Source: Selaginella moellendorffii (Eukaryota; Plantae; Lycopodiophyta). Taken from it: 64,000 nt of DNA. The notes beneath the pieces were generated by a model, which saw only the letters and a program-made list of their open reading frames with translations, searched no databases and was not told the origin of the DNA. The DNA is taken from NCBI RefSeq assembly GCF_000143415.4, contig NW_003314385.1:153296-217295 (forward strand). Direction: 5' to 3'. The translations under genes were made by a program, and so were the position numbers. Below are positions 35,693 to 47,898 of the stretch, one piece after another; the first letter of the stretch is position 1; every line of letters starts with the position of its first letter.

Positions 35693-37687
35693 TCATGATC
35701 TCCACAACGTACTGCGGTAGATATCATTCGCGCTCTTCTCCTCCTCCTGTTCTTCCTGCTGCAAACTCTTCTTCTCTAGAACCGGTGACGATGGCGATGG
35801 CCGCTGCTCGTTCTCGTCGAGCGAAATCCCCGAGAGCTTACACTTCCCAGCCAGCTGCTGCAAGACAGTGGCGGTGATGGCGTCCGGAAGTATCCCCTTC
35901 TTCTTCATGTCGAAGTATATGTCTCGCGCGTCCTGGTACCGCCCGGCCTTGACCAGCGCGTCGATCAACAGGTTGTAAGTCACAACGTTCGCGCTACACC
36001 CGGCCTTCTCCATGTCGCCAAACATCTCAAACGCCTTGCCCATGTTTCCAGCCTTGGCGAATGCCTCGATCATGCAAGTGTACGTGAACACGTCCGGCGT
36101 CAGCCCCGCGCTTCGCATCTCTTGCAGCACCTTGTACGCCTCGGACGCGTACTTTGCTCGTCCCAGGCAGTTGATGAGCGTGTTGAAAGTGATCGAGTTC
36201 GGCTTGATCCCGCGGGCCTCCATCTCGTCCATGAACTGATACGCCAGGCCAACTTTCCCAGCCTTGCCGCAGCAGTCGAGCATGGCGTTGAAGGAGACGG
36301 TGTTGACAGCCACTCCACTCTTCTTCATCCGCTCGAAGATCTCGCAAGCCAGCTCCGTCTTCCCGGCTCGTCCCACCGCCAGCAGCAGCGAGTTGCAGCT
36401 CTCGATCTTCATCGCGATCTTGCGCTGCTCCATCTCGCCAAACAGCTCCACCGCTCGGTCGATCTCACGCCCCCGGCTGAGCGCGTCCAGAACCAGCGCG
36501 TACGTGCTAGCATCCGCCTCGATCCCGTCCGACTTCATCTCCGCGAAGATCATGCACGCCTCGCTCACGTTCCCTCGCCGGCTCAAGTTGGCGATGAGAG
36601 CATTCATGCTGGCAGCGGTGGCGAAGTGTTTCGAGTCGCGGATCACCTGGTAGACGCCGCGGACCCTCCCGGTCCGGCTCACGGCCGTGATGAGCGAGTT
36701 GAGAGTGTAGTCGTCCGGTGCCAAGTTCTTGTCCAGCATCTTCTTGAGCACCACCATGGCCGACTCGATCCTCCCGGCCTTGCAGTAGATGTCGATGACG
36801 TTGGTGTAGGCCGGAGCGCTGGGCGTGCATCCCCGCTCCTCCATCTCGTCGAAGAGCAGCGTCGCCTCCTCGTCGCGCTTGCACCGCCCGAGGCTCCGGA
36901 TGAGGATGGCATACGTGTAGTCATCCGCGGGGCAGCCCATGGATTTCATGCTCGCGAAGAGCTTGCAAGCCTCGTCCATCATGTTGGCTTTGCCCAGTCC
37001 ATCCAGCACCACGTTGCAGAGGAGAGTGTCGGGCTCCAGCCCGGTCTTGATCATCTTGTCCAGGAGCTCCATGGCGAGCACCACATTCCCGGCCTTGACG
37101 AGCGACTGGATGACGCACTTGTAAGTGTAGGCGTTGGGCTTGGATCCGTGCTTGTCCAGCTCCTGGAACTCGTCCATCACCTTGTGGATCCTGGAGCTCC
37201 GGCCGTAAGCCGCGATCACGGCGTTGGATACCAGGACGTGGTATCTGCAGGGAGTGTCTTGGATCGCGGCCAGCATTCTCTCGAGGACGTCGTACTCGCG
37301 AGCGGCGCCCAGGATCATGACCATGCGGCTGCAGCTGTAAGCGTCGAATCCACACTCGGGCTGGCGGCCCGACCAGAGGAAGAACTCGTAGCACGTCTGG
37401 ACGTCGGTGTGGAGCGCGCGAAGAACACCCTCCACCACGAAGGGCGTGAGGCGGAGCTTGTACTGGTGCTTCATGTCCACCAGCGCGTCGATGGTGCCCG
37501 GACCCCAGTGGAGCCACTTGAGGAGCTGCCGGATGGCGGTGATGGAGTCCTCGCCCGGCACCGGCTCCGCGTCGATGGGATGATTCATGCGCGCCACCAG
37601 CGGCAAATCGAAGGATGCGGGCTTGCCGATGCTCGCTGGCTTCCCTGGGACGGAGCAGTAGTACCTGATTCGAGCTCGCAGCGCCAT
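35693..37687 (-). CDS. P-class PPR protein (664 aa)
   Basis: FFLWSGRQ followed by about 13 canonical 35-aa repeats (P.VFTY..MI.A..KAG). Confidence 0.93.
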   Translation of the reverse strand: MALRARIRYYCSVPGKPASIGKPASFDLPLVARMNHPIDAEPVPGEDSITAIRQLLKWLHWGPGTIDALVDMKHQYKLRLTPFVVEGVLRALHTDVQTCYEFFLWSGRQPECGFDAYSCSRMVMILGAAREYDVLERMLAAIQDTPCRYHVLVSNAVIAAYGRSSRIHKVMDEFQELDKHGSKPNAYTYKCVIQSLVKAGNVVLAMELLDKMIKTGLEPDTLLCNVVLDGLGKANMMDEACKLFASMKSMGCPADDYTYAILIRSLGRCKRDEEATLLFDEMEERGCTPSAPAYTNVIDIYCKAGRIESAMVVLKKMLDKNLAPDDYTLNSLITAVSRTGRVRGVYQVIRDSKHFATAASMNALIANLSRRGNVSEACMIFAEMKSDGIEADASTYALVLDALSRGREIDRAVELFGEMEQRKIAMKIESCNSLLLAVGRAGKTELACEIFERMKKSGVAVNTVSFNAMLDCCGKAGKVGLAYQFMDEMEARGIKPNSITFNTLINCLGRAKYASEAYKVLQEMRSAGLTPDVFTYTCMIEAFAKAGNMGKAFEMFGDMEKAGCSANVVTYNLLIDALVKAGRYQDARDIYFDMKKKGILPDAITATVLQQLAGKCKLSGISLDENEQRPSPSSPVLEKKSLQQEEQEEEKSANDIYRSTLWRS

Positions 37688-37849
37688 GATCGACCGCGCC
37701 CATCTCTCATCGCCGCATTGCCATCGCCTAGAACTCGCGAGGAAGCCCTAGGACACTTCTCTATGGTGGTAGTGGTAATCAAAGCTTGTCTATTTCTTCT
37801 TGCAAATTCGAGAACATCATCCAAGAGAGGAAAATTGAATCGCGCGCGC

Positions 37850-38403
37850 TTAGAACAAGCTCGTTCCCTTGCCCTTCTTGTCACCACCGATTTCAAAGTG
37901 TTTGCACCTCTGGATTTGCAAGAAAGCCATCGATCAGGGACGAGCAAAGAGAAAAATCCCACCTTTAGAGGGTGCTGCGACACGCGCTTGCACGTCTGGC
38001 ACTGGAGCCGGAGCACGATCTTCTTGGTGGTCTTGGCCTGCATTCATTCAATCACAGGGAGAGAGCTTAGATCGATTGGAGCACAGCAGGCAGCGAAAGT
38101 TTCCTACCTTCTTGTGAAACACGGGCTTCGTTTGACCGCCATAGCCAGATTGCTTGCGATCGTAACGCCTCTTACCTGTGAACCTCACCGCAATTCAGAG
38201 CAAGCTCGCGAGAAATCTTCCGGCTCTTACCTTGGACGTAGAGGCTGTCCTTGCCCTTCTTGTACTGCGTGACCTTGTGGAGCGTGTGCTTCCGGCAATT
38301 CTTCCCTTGGCAGAAGGACTTCTTCGTCTTGGGCACGTTCACCTGTCGGCATTGGGGAGAGATCTAAGATCTGAGCAGCGAGCGCCTCGCAAGAACATAC
38401 CAT
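37850..38403 (-). CDS. RPL36A: 60S ribosomal protein eL42 (L36a/L44); exons 38403-38401, 38342-38231, 38175-38108, 38037-37963, 37909-37850
   Basis: M|[38 protein letters not shown]|[22 protein letters not shown]|[13 protein letters not shown]...|[19 protein letters not shown]. Confidence 0.97.
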
Positions 38404-38559
38404 TGTGCCGCCGAGATGCTTCCAAGCCGCCGAAATGCGCTCCCCCGAGCTCTAGGGTTAGGGTCTTACAGGGTTTTGAGATCGCCGTCGATGGAAGCAT
38501 ATCATCGACGGCTGGCATGTGGCCACGTCATACATCTCATGGATTAGGGCATTGTCTTC

Positions 38560-39650
38560 ATGGGCGCTCCTCTTCCGGGCGCTGCGATGACGGTACGCTG
38601 CCTAGATTTTCCAGGGAATGTAGCTCCAATTCTGATTCTTAGGCCAATCTCTCCGCGCATTGCTGCTTGTGCTCGCCGTCGGTGGCCAAGAGGAGGACGC
38701 TTCCGGGAAGAATTCTCATCGTTCGAGCTCAATCTGTGGATGCGCCTTCTTCTGGATCATCCGGAAGGCTCCAATCTCTTGTATCAGCACCTCTCAAACT
38801 GGTACTTCTTCTTCTTCTTTCCTTCTTTTCTTTGGAATTCTTTTCACTAGATTTTACACAGGCTAGCCGTGTTGCGGCTGCTCCTGTCAACTTTGCCGCG
38901 GCTGCAGGAGCTGTGGCTACCGTGTGTGTGCTTCTTTTGATCAGAGAATTTGTGCGATCACGCAACCAGGTGGGAGGCTCCGTGTCAGATCTGATCAGGA
39001 GAGGACAGCTACGATCCGATAGAAACGTCAGGCCCGAGTAAGTTGGTGTTCCTTTATGAATCTTATGGTTGCTCTTGTTTGATTGTAGCTCGAGACCTTT
39101 GAAATACGAGGATCCTTTCAACAATCCTCTGGTAAAGATCGGCAGTAAGAATCCGATCGTGAGAATGTGCGGCAAAATCTTCAGGCTAACTCCAGTGACT
39201 TTGACGGAGGAGAAAGTCGTGAGCCACCAGAACAGGAGGATACAAGCTTATCATTGGAGGAGGCCCGTTGTGTTCCTTAACGAGGGGGACCCTGTGCCCG
39301 AGGGTGTCGACCCGGAAGAAGTAAGGTGGATACCATCAAACCACCCGTTCGCCACCACCCAAGACTATATCGACGAAGAGCTGGCGCAAAAGAACGTGTA
39401 CCAGACCCGTGGCGTTCCGTCCCGCGTAAGAGCCGAGCACGAGGCCCTTCGGAAGAAGATGAAAGAATCAGTCCAAAAGGTGCGTTCTTGCTTTTCTGTG
39501 CGTGCTCGGTACTGAGTCGATCAGAGTTGGGATTGGCTCCAGGCCCGAGAGGATACTATCCAAGATAAGACTTTATCTCCTCCCAGCGATCGCGATTCAT
39601 CTGGAAAGCAGCCAGATTCTTCCGTGAGGCAGCAAAGCGAGGTGAAGTGA
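38560..39650 (+). CDS. MCD1: MULTIPLE CHLOROPLAST DIVISION SITE 1 homolog, 4 exons
   Basis: TM followed by SVSDLIRRGQLRSDR, YEDPFNNP, MCGK.FRL.PVTLT, RWIPSNHPFATT, RAEHEAL. Confidence 0.88.
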
Positions 39651-40232
39651 GGCCTCGAAGTGGGAATAAGTGGGAATAGAATTTCGTCTGTTACTTTGGT
39701 CGAGGCGAAGTGGTGTTCGTGGGAGGCCAGCAGGTGAGTGCTCTGGTTTAAGAAAATCTAACCGATTTGGTTTGCAAAGCATGTCCAGGTGTTTGTGGTC
39801 GCTCATGAGACTTGGCTTTGTCTGGAAGAGTCAAAAGCGCACTAGCCATGATACTGATGGATGGAGAACTTTGGGCAGTGATAGCTATTATATTCCAGCA
39901 CTGGGAAGGGGAATTCACTGCTGTTCTGGACGGCCTCTCTCAACCAACCCGGCTCTAGTGTCCATTGCGAGTGACGCGAGGCAGCTCTGGTGTGTGGTGC
40001 TGCTAGTGGCATTGGTGGGGTACTGGAAAGAAAGCTATCCTGGATGTGACACCCGGGTCTTAACATATCTGCTGCCAATACACAACAGTGGGAGGAAAGA
40101 AAGCACGACAGGGACAGACTCGGAGAAAGAAAGATTAACGACGACTCTTATCACCGTCGTCGAGCAATTCGTGTTCCTTCCAAGTCCGAGCGGAACCGAT
40201 CCGAGCCTAGCCGAGCCGAAGCCGAGCTGAAA

Positions 40233-40982
40233 TCAGATAGAGGTTGTCTGGGAAGAAGATGACGAAGAAGAGAGCGACTGGTGCTCCTGCTGCTGCTGTT
40301 GCTGCTGCTGGTCTTCGAGCCTGGAAGGGGCGTGAAGACTTCTCCGGCATGACGGACATGACGCATGAGCAATGAGCCAGACGTCGACGCACTCGACATG
40401 GAAGCCGTGGTAACAGTCGGGAAGGATCCGGACTCTGTCCCCGTCGGTGAATTCGCAGAGACAGATTGTGCACTCGGTTCCGACCAGGCAGCCCAGCTCC
40501 AGATTGTCTTTGAGATTTGCTGCCGAGTAGTTGACAACGGGAAGCGCCTCCACAGCTCGCCGGTTGCTGCTCCTGTTCTTCTTGGACAGACTGTTACTCA
40601 TGGTGAAGTCCTCGGAGGAGGCCTCGAGGTCCAGATCACGGGGCTCCCTGGGGAAATCACTGTTCCTTCTCGACCGTCGCCTCCTCATCCATCGCCGGAG
40701 GTCTGTGGAACTGAAAGCTGGAACCAACCTCACGATGCTGTCCCAGCGAGCCATGCAGATGAGAATCACCAAGAGGATTGCGACGACGATCATACTTCCC
40801 AGGAACACTGCCGTCTTGTACACGGTCTCTCCACCTCGCGGCCTCCATGGCTGCGGCTGTGGCTGCTGCGGCCGATGCTGCGGCTGCTGGGGCTGTGGCC
40901 TGCCTGGCAGTGGCGGAAACAAGCGGTCGTGGTCGTGGACGTCTCGAGGCGGAAGAGGGCCGGGTTTCTTCTTGAGAGCCAT
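40233..40982 (-). CDS. ATL-family RING-H2 E3 ubiquitin ligase
   Basis: N-terminal TM, ALP motif, CTICLCEF...RILPDCYHGFHVECVDVWLIAHASCPSCR. Confidence 0.93.
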   Translation of the reverse strand: MALKKKPGPLPPRDVHDHDRLFPPLPGRPQPQQPQHRPQQPQPQPWRPRGGETVYKTAVFLGSMIVVAILLVILICMARWDSIVRLVPAFSSTDLRRWMRRRRSRRNSDFPREPRDLDLEASSEDFTMSNSLSKKNRSSNRRAVEALPVVNYSAANLKDNLELGCLVGTECTICLCEFTDGDRVRILPDCYHGFHVECVDVWLIAHASCPSCRRSLHAPSRLEDQQQQQQQQEHQSLSSSSSSSQTTSI

Positions 40983-41848
40983 CGTGAAACTCTGGACTGG
41001 AGCTCGGCTGCGCTTCTTCCTCCTGCACAGCAACCAATCATCAGACAGTCGTGTTTGGAGCTAATGTGGCCAACCTGGATCTGGATTGTAGCTCGAATCT
41101 ACAAGCCAGTAGCAGCAAACAGCAGCAAACAGCAGCAGCGATGGCAGTGGATTTAGTGACTGGGTGTAATTAGCTGCCTGTCATCTCATCTCCGAGCTTG
41201 ACAAGAGCGAAGAGAAGAAACTGCAAAGTGGGGTGAGGTCAGGGAGAAGAAAGGGAGGGCAGCATTCTTTCTTTTTCTTCTCGCTCGGCTCGCTCCTCAG
41301 TACACATCCACACGTAGCCGTACAAGCAAACACCGTTTCAGCAGTTACGGCATTTAAAAGGGGTTTAGCAAAACTGTGAGGAAAGATCTTGTTTACGAAC
41401 TTTTCCTGTAAACAAAGAGTCCTCCGAAACTCCGTTACAGCAGTTACGAGACAAACTTTTGAAAAGGCAACTCCCTGGTAAAATCAATCAGTTATTCAGC
41501 TGCTAGCATTTTGCGAGTAGCTTTTTATTCTTGAGGCAATTACAATTAATAGCATTCCAAAGCTTGAGATAAACTTCTTAGCATCTAGAGTCATTAGGGA
41601 ACTCGAAAACTGCCACTGCCGCTGCAACGTTCTTGAACGCACTAGAAGACCGTGGAACAGCACTGATATAAATATTCGCTCGCATGTTTTTGAGAGAAAA
41701 AGAGTGATGCATTCTAGAAAATAAAGTTTTAAATTTCGCTCTTTCATAAAATCCAAAATTACTTATTTTACATTTTAAATTAGAAGTCAAGCTGTGAACC
41801 TTAATAAGCCTAAACATCCATAAAACTTTCTTCAAAATCTATAACACC

Positions 41849-42742
41849 ATGAGAGTAATAATAGTTACCTTAGTATTGATAATACATTTTAAAGTTTTTT
41901 CTGGACAACCTAGTATTAATGTTGGAGATATGAATTCTATAAATGTAATAGTTGTAAATGCTATTATACAAGCTATTACAGATGCAATTAATGCTATACC
42001 AGATAATCCACTTCCTTCAAGACAAATGTTTTATGGAAATATTGTTGGTAAAAATCCAGAAACAAGAACTTATACCATTATAGGATATGGTGCTTTTTTC
42101 TTACAAAGAATTGGGGACATTTGTAATATAGAATCTGGGGGACATTTAGAATCTGGAGCTACTATAAGACAATCAATAAGTGAACTTTTTCAAGAGATAA
42201 CTGAAACTTTAATAACTAATGCTGCCTCATATTTCATTGTAAGAAATAGCCAATTTCTTATTTATTATTTTATTAGAAATTTTAATGGTCAACAACAAAG
42301 AAGGCAACAAGATTTAGCACAACATACTAAATGTAATATTTTTTCTAGCATTTTGATAAGTGGTTACTTCAATATGCCATATCAGTATTTGTTATCAACA
42401 CAATTTTTAATTGCTTCAAATAAAAAAACATATATGTATTTAAGTATTGATTGCAAATTAGGTATATATAATGGTAAAATAAACTTATGGTTTTCAAAGA
42501 ATTTAATTGAAGGAAAAAATTGCATTTTAAGATTACAAGAAGATGGAAATTTAGTTTTATATTCTTACAATAATAAAGCTGTTTGGGCATCAAATACTAA
42601 TTGTATTCAATATAATTGCTATAAAAACACATATTTAGTAATACAAAATAACTGCAATTTAGTTTTATATACTATTTATCAGAAATCATTTAATATAAAC
42701 CCTAATCTAGAAGTTTTATGGGATTCAAAAACATTTTGCTAA
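41849..42742 (+). CDS. Secreted protein: signal peptide, unknown N-terminal domain, bulb-type (GNA) mannose-binding lectin domain
   Basis: Intact 297-aa ORF. Hydrophobic N-terminus. LQEDGNLVLY..AVWASNT and IQNNCNLVLY..VLWDS match QxDxNxVxY repeats. Confidence 0.85.
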   Translation: MRVIIVTLVLIIHFKVFSGQPSINVGDMNSINVIVVNAIIQAITDAINAIPDNPLPSRQMFYGNIVGKNPETRTYTIIGYGAFFLQRIGDICNIESGGHLESGATIRQSISELFQEITETLITNAASYFIVRNSQFLIYYFIRNFNGQQQRRQQDLAQHTKCNIFSSILISGYFNMPYQYLLSTQFLIASNKKTYMYLSIDCKLGIYNGKINLWFSKNLIEGKNCILRLQEDGNLVLYSYNNKAVWASNTNCIQYNCYKNTYLVIQNNCNLVLYTIYQKSFNINPNLEVLWDSKTFC

Positions 42743-45700
42743 AACTATCAGTTCAGTGTATTTTTAGTATATTATTCAATAATAAACATAAAAATATACT
42801 ATCTTATATTTAATTAAATTAAATTAGTATATAATGATAACTACTTTAATTCGATACTTATAGGAAGTTAAATGCAACCATAAAGCACTAATATTAAGTG
42901 GAATTTAAGTGTTAGCTCCCTAGCATGTAATAGGAAAAAAAAAGAAAAATAGAAAAACCTTGAAAAAAATTACTATCCTTAATAACATTTATATCTTGGG
43001 AAGAATATACACTATTGCTTCACCCATTTTGAGTTTCTTTAATAGAAAGATTTCATCATAATATATGGATGTGGGTACTAGAAAATTATAGGGGTTTATG
43101 ACATGGAGATAAACAACATCTATATGATTATACTATTCAATCAAAATTCTAAACAAATGTTTTTAAAATATAAACAATAATTTAGATATATATAAATTTA
43201 TTACTTTACTACATATATTATATAGTTTTAAATCTAACTAAGAAGAATAATTTGCTACGCATGATATGCAACAACACTTGGTTTGCTTAATAATAGTTGT
43301 GAAATCCAAGTGTACAACTATAATATTGTATACTAATATTAACATAGTGGGATTTTGATAGCCGTTGGATTAATTTCAATCCGAACCACTCGCTCATGTA
43401 TATAAGCTACGGTTTTTGGGCTAATTGATATTCACATTTTTATATTCTATTTTCATATTTCATACATTCATATTAGTGGAGGTGAAAGGTAATTTTGATT
43501 ATCCCTAAAAAATGTTTGGATTTAAGATTTTGATTTTGATTTAGCTTTTGCATTGTCTAGATCTCCCTTTCATTATAACTTTTTTAATTTCTTCTCTTTT
43601 ATTTTTTCCTTTTCGTTTATCTTCATGGTATAGCTGTAGCTTCCTCCTCCTTTAACTTTGGAATAGCAATTCGTGTAATTGCTTAATGCTATGTGATTAT
43701 AGTTGAACAATTAAACTCAATTGATGGTAGCATTCATGGTATGTGGTTTAGTTCCTCCTACTCTCAATGCCCATCCTTGCGTTCAATTAGAGTTATTCCA
43801 TAGATGATGTGTATTATTAGTTCGATCACTTTATGATGATTGCCTCATATTATTCTTAGAATGATGCTTAGCATTTGCATAAATTTCCCACATGTCTCCA
43901 AGAGACAACACTACAATAGTATAATGGTTTGAGTGCAGCCACTCATAAAGATTGGAGCATTCTCTCTGATGTCTTCAAATGTGCATTTGGACATGCTAAT
44001 AATTGTGATAATGCCTTTTAATAATTGCATTGTCTTTGTCAAGGGCCATCTAAGTCAATAATGCAATTTGGCATCTATTTTTTAGACCTTTTGTTTTATG
44101 TGAAGCTAAATATGTTAAGGTGGATCAAGTTGGGAATGTTGTGGCTAGCATTTTATCAAAATCTTGTAGAACTTGTACATACACTTGTTTTAGCCACACT
44201 TGACAATGCTCTTCATTTACCACAACGTTATAAAATATTGTCTCTTTCACTTCTCGTTGCACTTCTTTCAGATCCACTTTCTGTAGGCAATAGTCTTATT
44301 CCAATAGAAGTTGATACTACTCCTACTTGAGCTCAAAGACAAGGGTGAAGACGTGGTTGTGGCCATGATATCCACTACTGGGTGTGTAATAAAGTTACAC
44401 ACACTTATTAATGCTATTAGTATTTTCTGGATTGATGACCACTATTTCCTAAGTAAAGACCTTAGTGTCAACAATATCTTGTTGGTACTACTATAGTGGA
44501 AAATTTAGACACCAAGATATTTATGGAAAACCAAGATACTTATAGATTTTTATATGAATAAGTCAATGACCCTTCTATCTTTTTTTTGGGAGTATCATCA
44601 AGGTGTTTATTTAGCACTAGTTCATCTAATGTTTACTTTTTAAGCTCATTTTTATAACAAAATGTCTTTTATTATTCTCTTTGTGTTGGTTGATACAAGG
44701 TTGAGTTTATGTTCTATTACTCGACCTAAAGCTACACGTTGCTATCTACATTTATATTGTGTAATAGAGCCAATTTTTATTCTTTATGACAACGATCATA
44801 CACACGTATGTGCATGGGATGAGGCAAACCTAATTGTGCATGTGGGTGATTTCAAGCTTGAGCTGTAGTTATTGCAGATGGTGCTAAAACAAGCTTTTGA
44901 CCTCATCCTTAATATGAATTAGTTGTAACACAATCATGCCAGAGACACTCTTGGAAGTAGACATGGCTAACTATTCAACAGTCAAAGCATCTTTCTAGAG
45001 TGAGAAATAAAAGAAATATAAAAAAGTATGAGACAATAGGGAGAAGCCTCAAAGTTATATTTATATCCCTCTTCATCCACCTTTGCTTGCATCACTTTTG
45101 TCTCCCTGTTACTTTTTCCTATGTTTTTTTCTTGTTCTATTCCCTCTTTAAATCCCTCTGATGGTTTTTGTGTTGTAGTGGTTGATCGGCTTATGAAGGA
45201 GTATATCAATCTCTTTGAATTTGACTTGACATTTGGAGCCAAAATAGCAGCACGTTATCATATTCCCATTGGGGATACTTATCCAATCAAGGTTCATGTT
45301 CATCATCGGTCACCAAAAGAAATGAAGATTTTACATGTAAACATCAAGGAGATATTGGAAAAGGGTGTTATTCATAAATTACAAAGTCTTTGGGCGTGTG
45401 AACTTCATCTTATGACAAAGCCTAATGAGAGTATTCATTTTTGCATTAACTATTATCTATTAAACGAAGTAACAATCCCGGATGTGTACCCTCTTCCTCA
45501 CACTGTTGATTTTTTAAATTGTTTAGGGGGAAGTTATTAGTTCACCAAGTTAGATTTTGTTTTTGAGTACTAGTAAGTGTCAATGGCCAAGAAAGAGATC
45601 CCTAAGACTATTTTCCTACACCGTTTCGTTTGTATGAATTCTTAATGATGCCATTTGGTTTGAAAAATGCTTCAACAACCTTTTAACAGATGATGAACAA

Positions 45701-45997
45701 TGTTCTTTATGATATGCCAGAAGTGATTACTAACTTCATTAATGATGTCTTCATCCACTAATAAGGGACATAGGAGGAACACATTTATGCTGTTCGTAAG
45801 GTGCTAGATTGGCTACCAAAAGTTAGTTTAAAACTAAAACAGTCAAAGTGCTTGTTTAGGTCTAAAGACATGACTTATCTTGGGTACCATATTTCTCGTG
45901 AGAGTTTACAAAATGATCCTGACAAACTTGCGGATGTTTTAAAGTTTTATACTCTAAAGTATGTGAACGATGTACAACACTTCGTGGGCAAAATAGT

Positions 45998-47898
45998 TGT
46001 GAGACACAAATCCCTAAGCCCCAAAGTGGAGCCGAAAGAGTGCCATGTGGTAGTGGCTGAAGCGAATGCCAAACGAACGTAACACATTTAGACTAAAAGC
46101 TCCGACTTAAAAGGTCGAAAGCGGAGTGGAACTGTAGCACATGTGATCATGGGATGAGATTTGGATATACTGTCACCGTGAATCCTTGGAACTTTGGGGG
46201 ATAAATGGGGATAAAATAGCCACTAAAGGCTCTCTCATCAAGCAATTGCCCCTTTTCCAGTTGGCTTAAGGGGAGAGAGATAAGGTGCACTATAGTTGGT
46301 ATCAGAGAAAATGGCACGGGTTCGATTCCCATTGATTAGTGGCTACTTAAAAGTATAATATACCCTTGAGCAAGGTATATTCCTACCCCTAAATTTGAAA
46401 TCGTATGTATTGGGCATCCATGCGTACGTCCTTCCTCTTGTATGGAGTATCCACGGACGAAGGTATCCACCGTGGGACTGTGGTACGGGTGGATGACTAG
46501 TTGCCTCACATCGAATAACTAGTCTACACAATAGAAGGCTAGTCTACACAATAGAAGGATTGGTAGATTGAGTGTGGAAATGGAGGTGCTGGTTCCCCTT
46601 AGCTCAGTAGGGGTTGCTAGTCAATAGTCAATGCTACAGTGGAACTCCCAATGAAATGCTCAAGGAACAAGCACAAAGTGAGCAATAAGTGAGTCTCTAG
46701 AAAAGGGACACAAAAGGACCAACACATGACTAGTGGAAGAGTCCGAGATGGAGTCCGAGATGGACCCAAGATGGACCCTTAGCTCAGTAGGGGTTGCTAG
46801 TCAATAGTCAATGCTACAGTGGAACTCCCAATGAAATGCTCAAGGAACAAGCACAAAGTGAGCAATAAGTGAGTCTCTAGAAAAGGGACACAAAAGGACC
46901 AACACATGACATGTGGAAGAGTCCGAGATGGAGTCCGAGATGGACCCAAGATGGACCCGAGATGGAGTCTGAGATGGAATCCAAGATGGAGTCCGAGATG
47001 GACTAAGATGGTGTTCGAGAAGGACTCGAGATGGAGTCCGAAGACGAGACCGAGACCGAGTGAAATGCTCAAGGAACAAGCACAAAGTGAGCAATAAGTG
47101 AGTCTTTAGAAAAGGGACACAAAAGGACCAACACATGACATGTGGAAGAGTCTGAGATGGAGTCCGAGATGGACCCAAGATGGACCCGAGATGGAGTCTG
47201 AGATGGAATCCAAGATGGAGTCCGAGATGGACTAAGATGGTGTTCGAGAAGGACTCGAGATGGAGTCCGAAGACGAGACCGAGACCGAGACTGGGACCGG
47301 GACCGAGACCAAGACCGGGACCGAAACCGTGACCGAGACTGAGGCTGAGACCGAGCCTGAAGCCGAGACCAAGTCCGAGTTCAAGTCAGAGAGGGTGAAA
47401 GCCCAAAGTGTTCATCTTCTAGACCCTAGGGGGTTTGGTGAGCTCCAAAAGTATAGTAGGGGGAGGACTCCAGTGGAGCCAGTTTGGCCAGGAAAGACCA
47501 ATTTGGCCCAAGAAGGCTGTGCCCAAGTGTTGGGTGATGAGATATCCACTAGGCAATCCAAGATTAGAGTGAATATGGACCGACAAGTGGGGTACCTTGG
47601 TGAAGTGTTCAAGAGCCGACTCTAGTTCCCCCGGGAGATCGAATGGTTGATGCTCCCAGTCCAAGTGTGGGTAGCATTGCCTATTTGGATACCTAGCGTG
47701 GCCCAACAGAACCTTGCTCTAAGCCCATGGCTAGAGCACCCAAAGGCGGAAGGCGAGGAGAGTACCCATGAGGCTCGCATAAGGCTACGGTGTTCCGAAA
47801 TGTTGCCCCAAATTCCCAGGTTATGAAAAGGAAGAGGAGCTGTCCTCTAGGGTAGAGGACAATTTTCTTTATTTTGTGAGGATAGATCTTGATAATCA
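45998..47898. mobile_element. Younger GC-richer insertion (LTR-element fragment) nested in the gypsy pol
   Basis: Starts with TG exactly where RT homology stops and ends with CA before integrase resumes. Composition differs from the host element. No TSD seen. Confidence 0.55.
46596..47385. repeat. Tandem duplications (180-bp and 229-bp periods) with GAGTCCGAGATG and GAGACC minisatellites
   Basis: cccttagctcagtagggg at 46596 and 46776. tgaaatgctcaagg at 46832 and 47061. Confidence 0.9.

Noticed and set aside
36122-38272. 716-aa plus-strand ORF
   Set aside because: It is the antisense shadow of a GC3-rich PPR gene and RPL36a, with no domain-like composition.
41330-41450. Two copies of CCGTT.CAGCAGTTACG about 100 bp apart
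   Set aside because: Too short, and no terminal structure to call an element.
46596-47290. Repeat array considered as CRISPR-like
   Set aside because: These are tandem duplications without unique spacers, in a eukaryotic context with no cas genes.
47260-47625. ET-repeat ORF
   Set aside because: It is a translation of the GAGACC minisatellite inside a mobile element.
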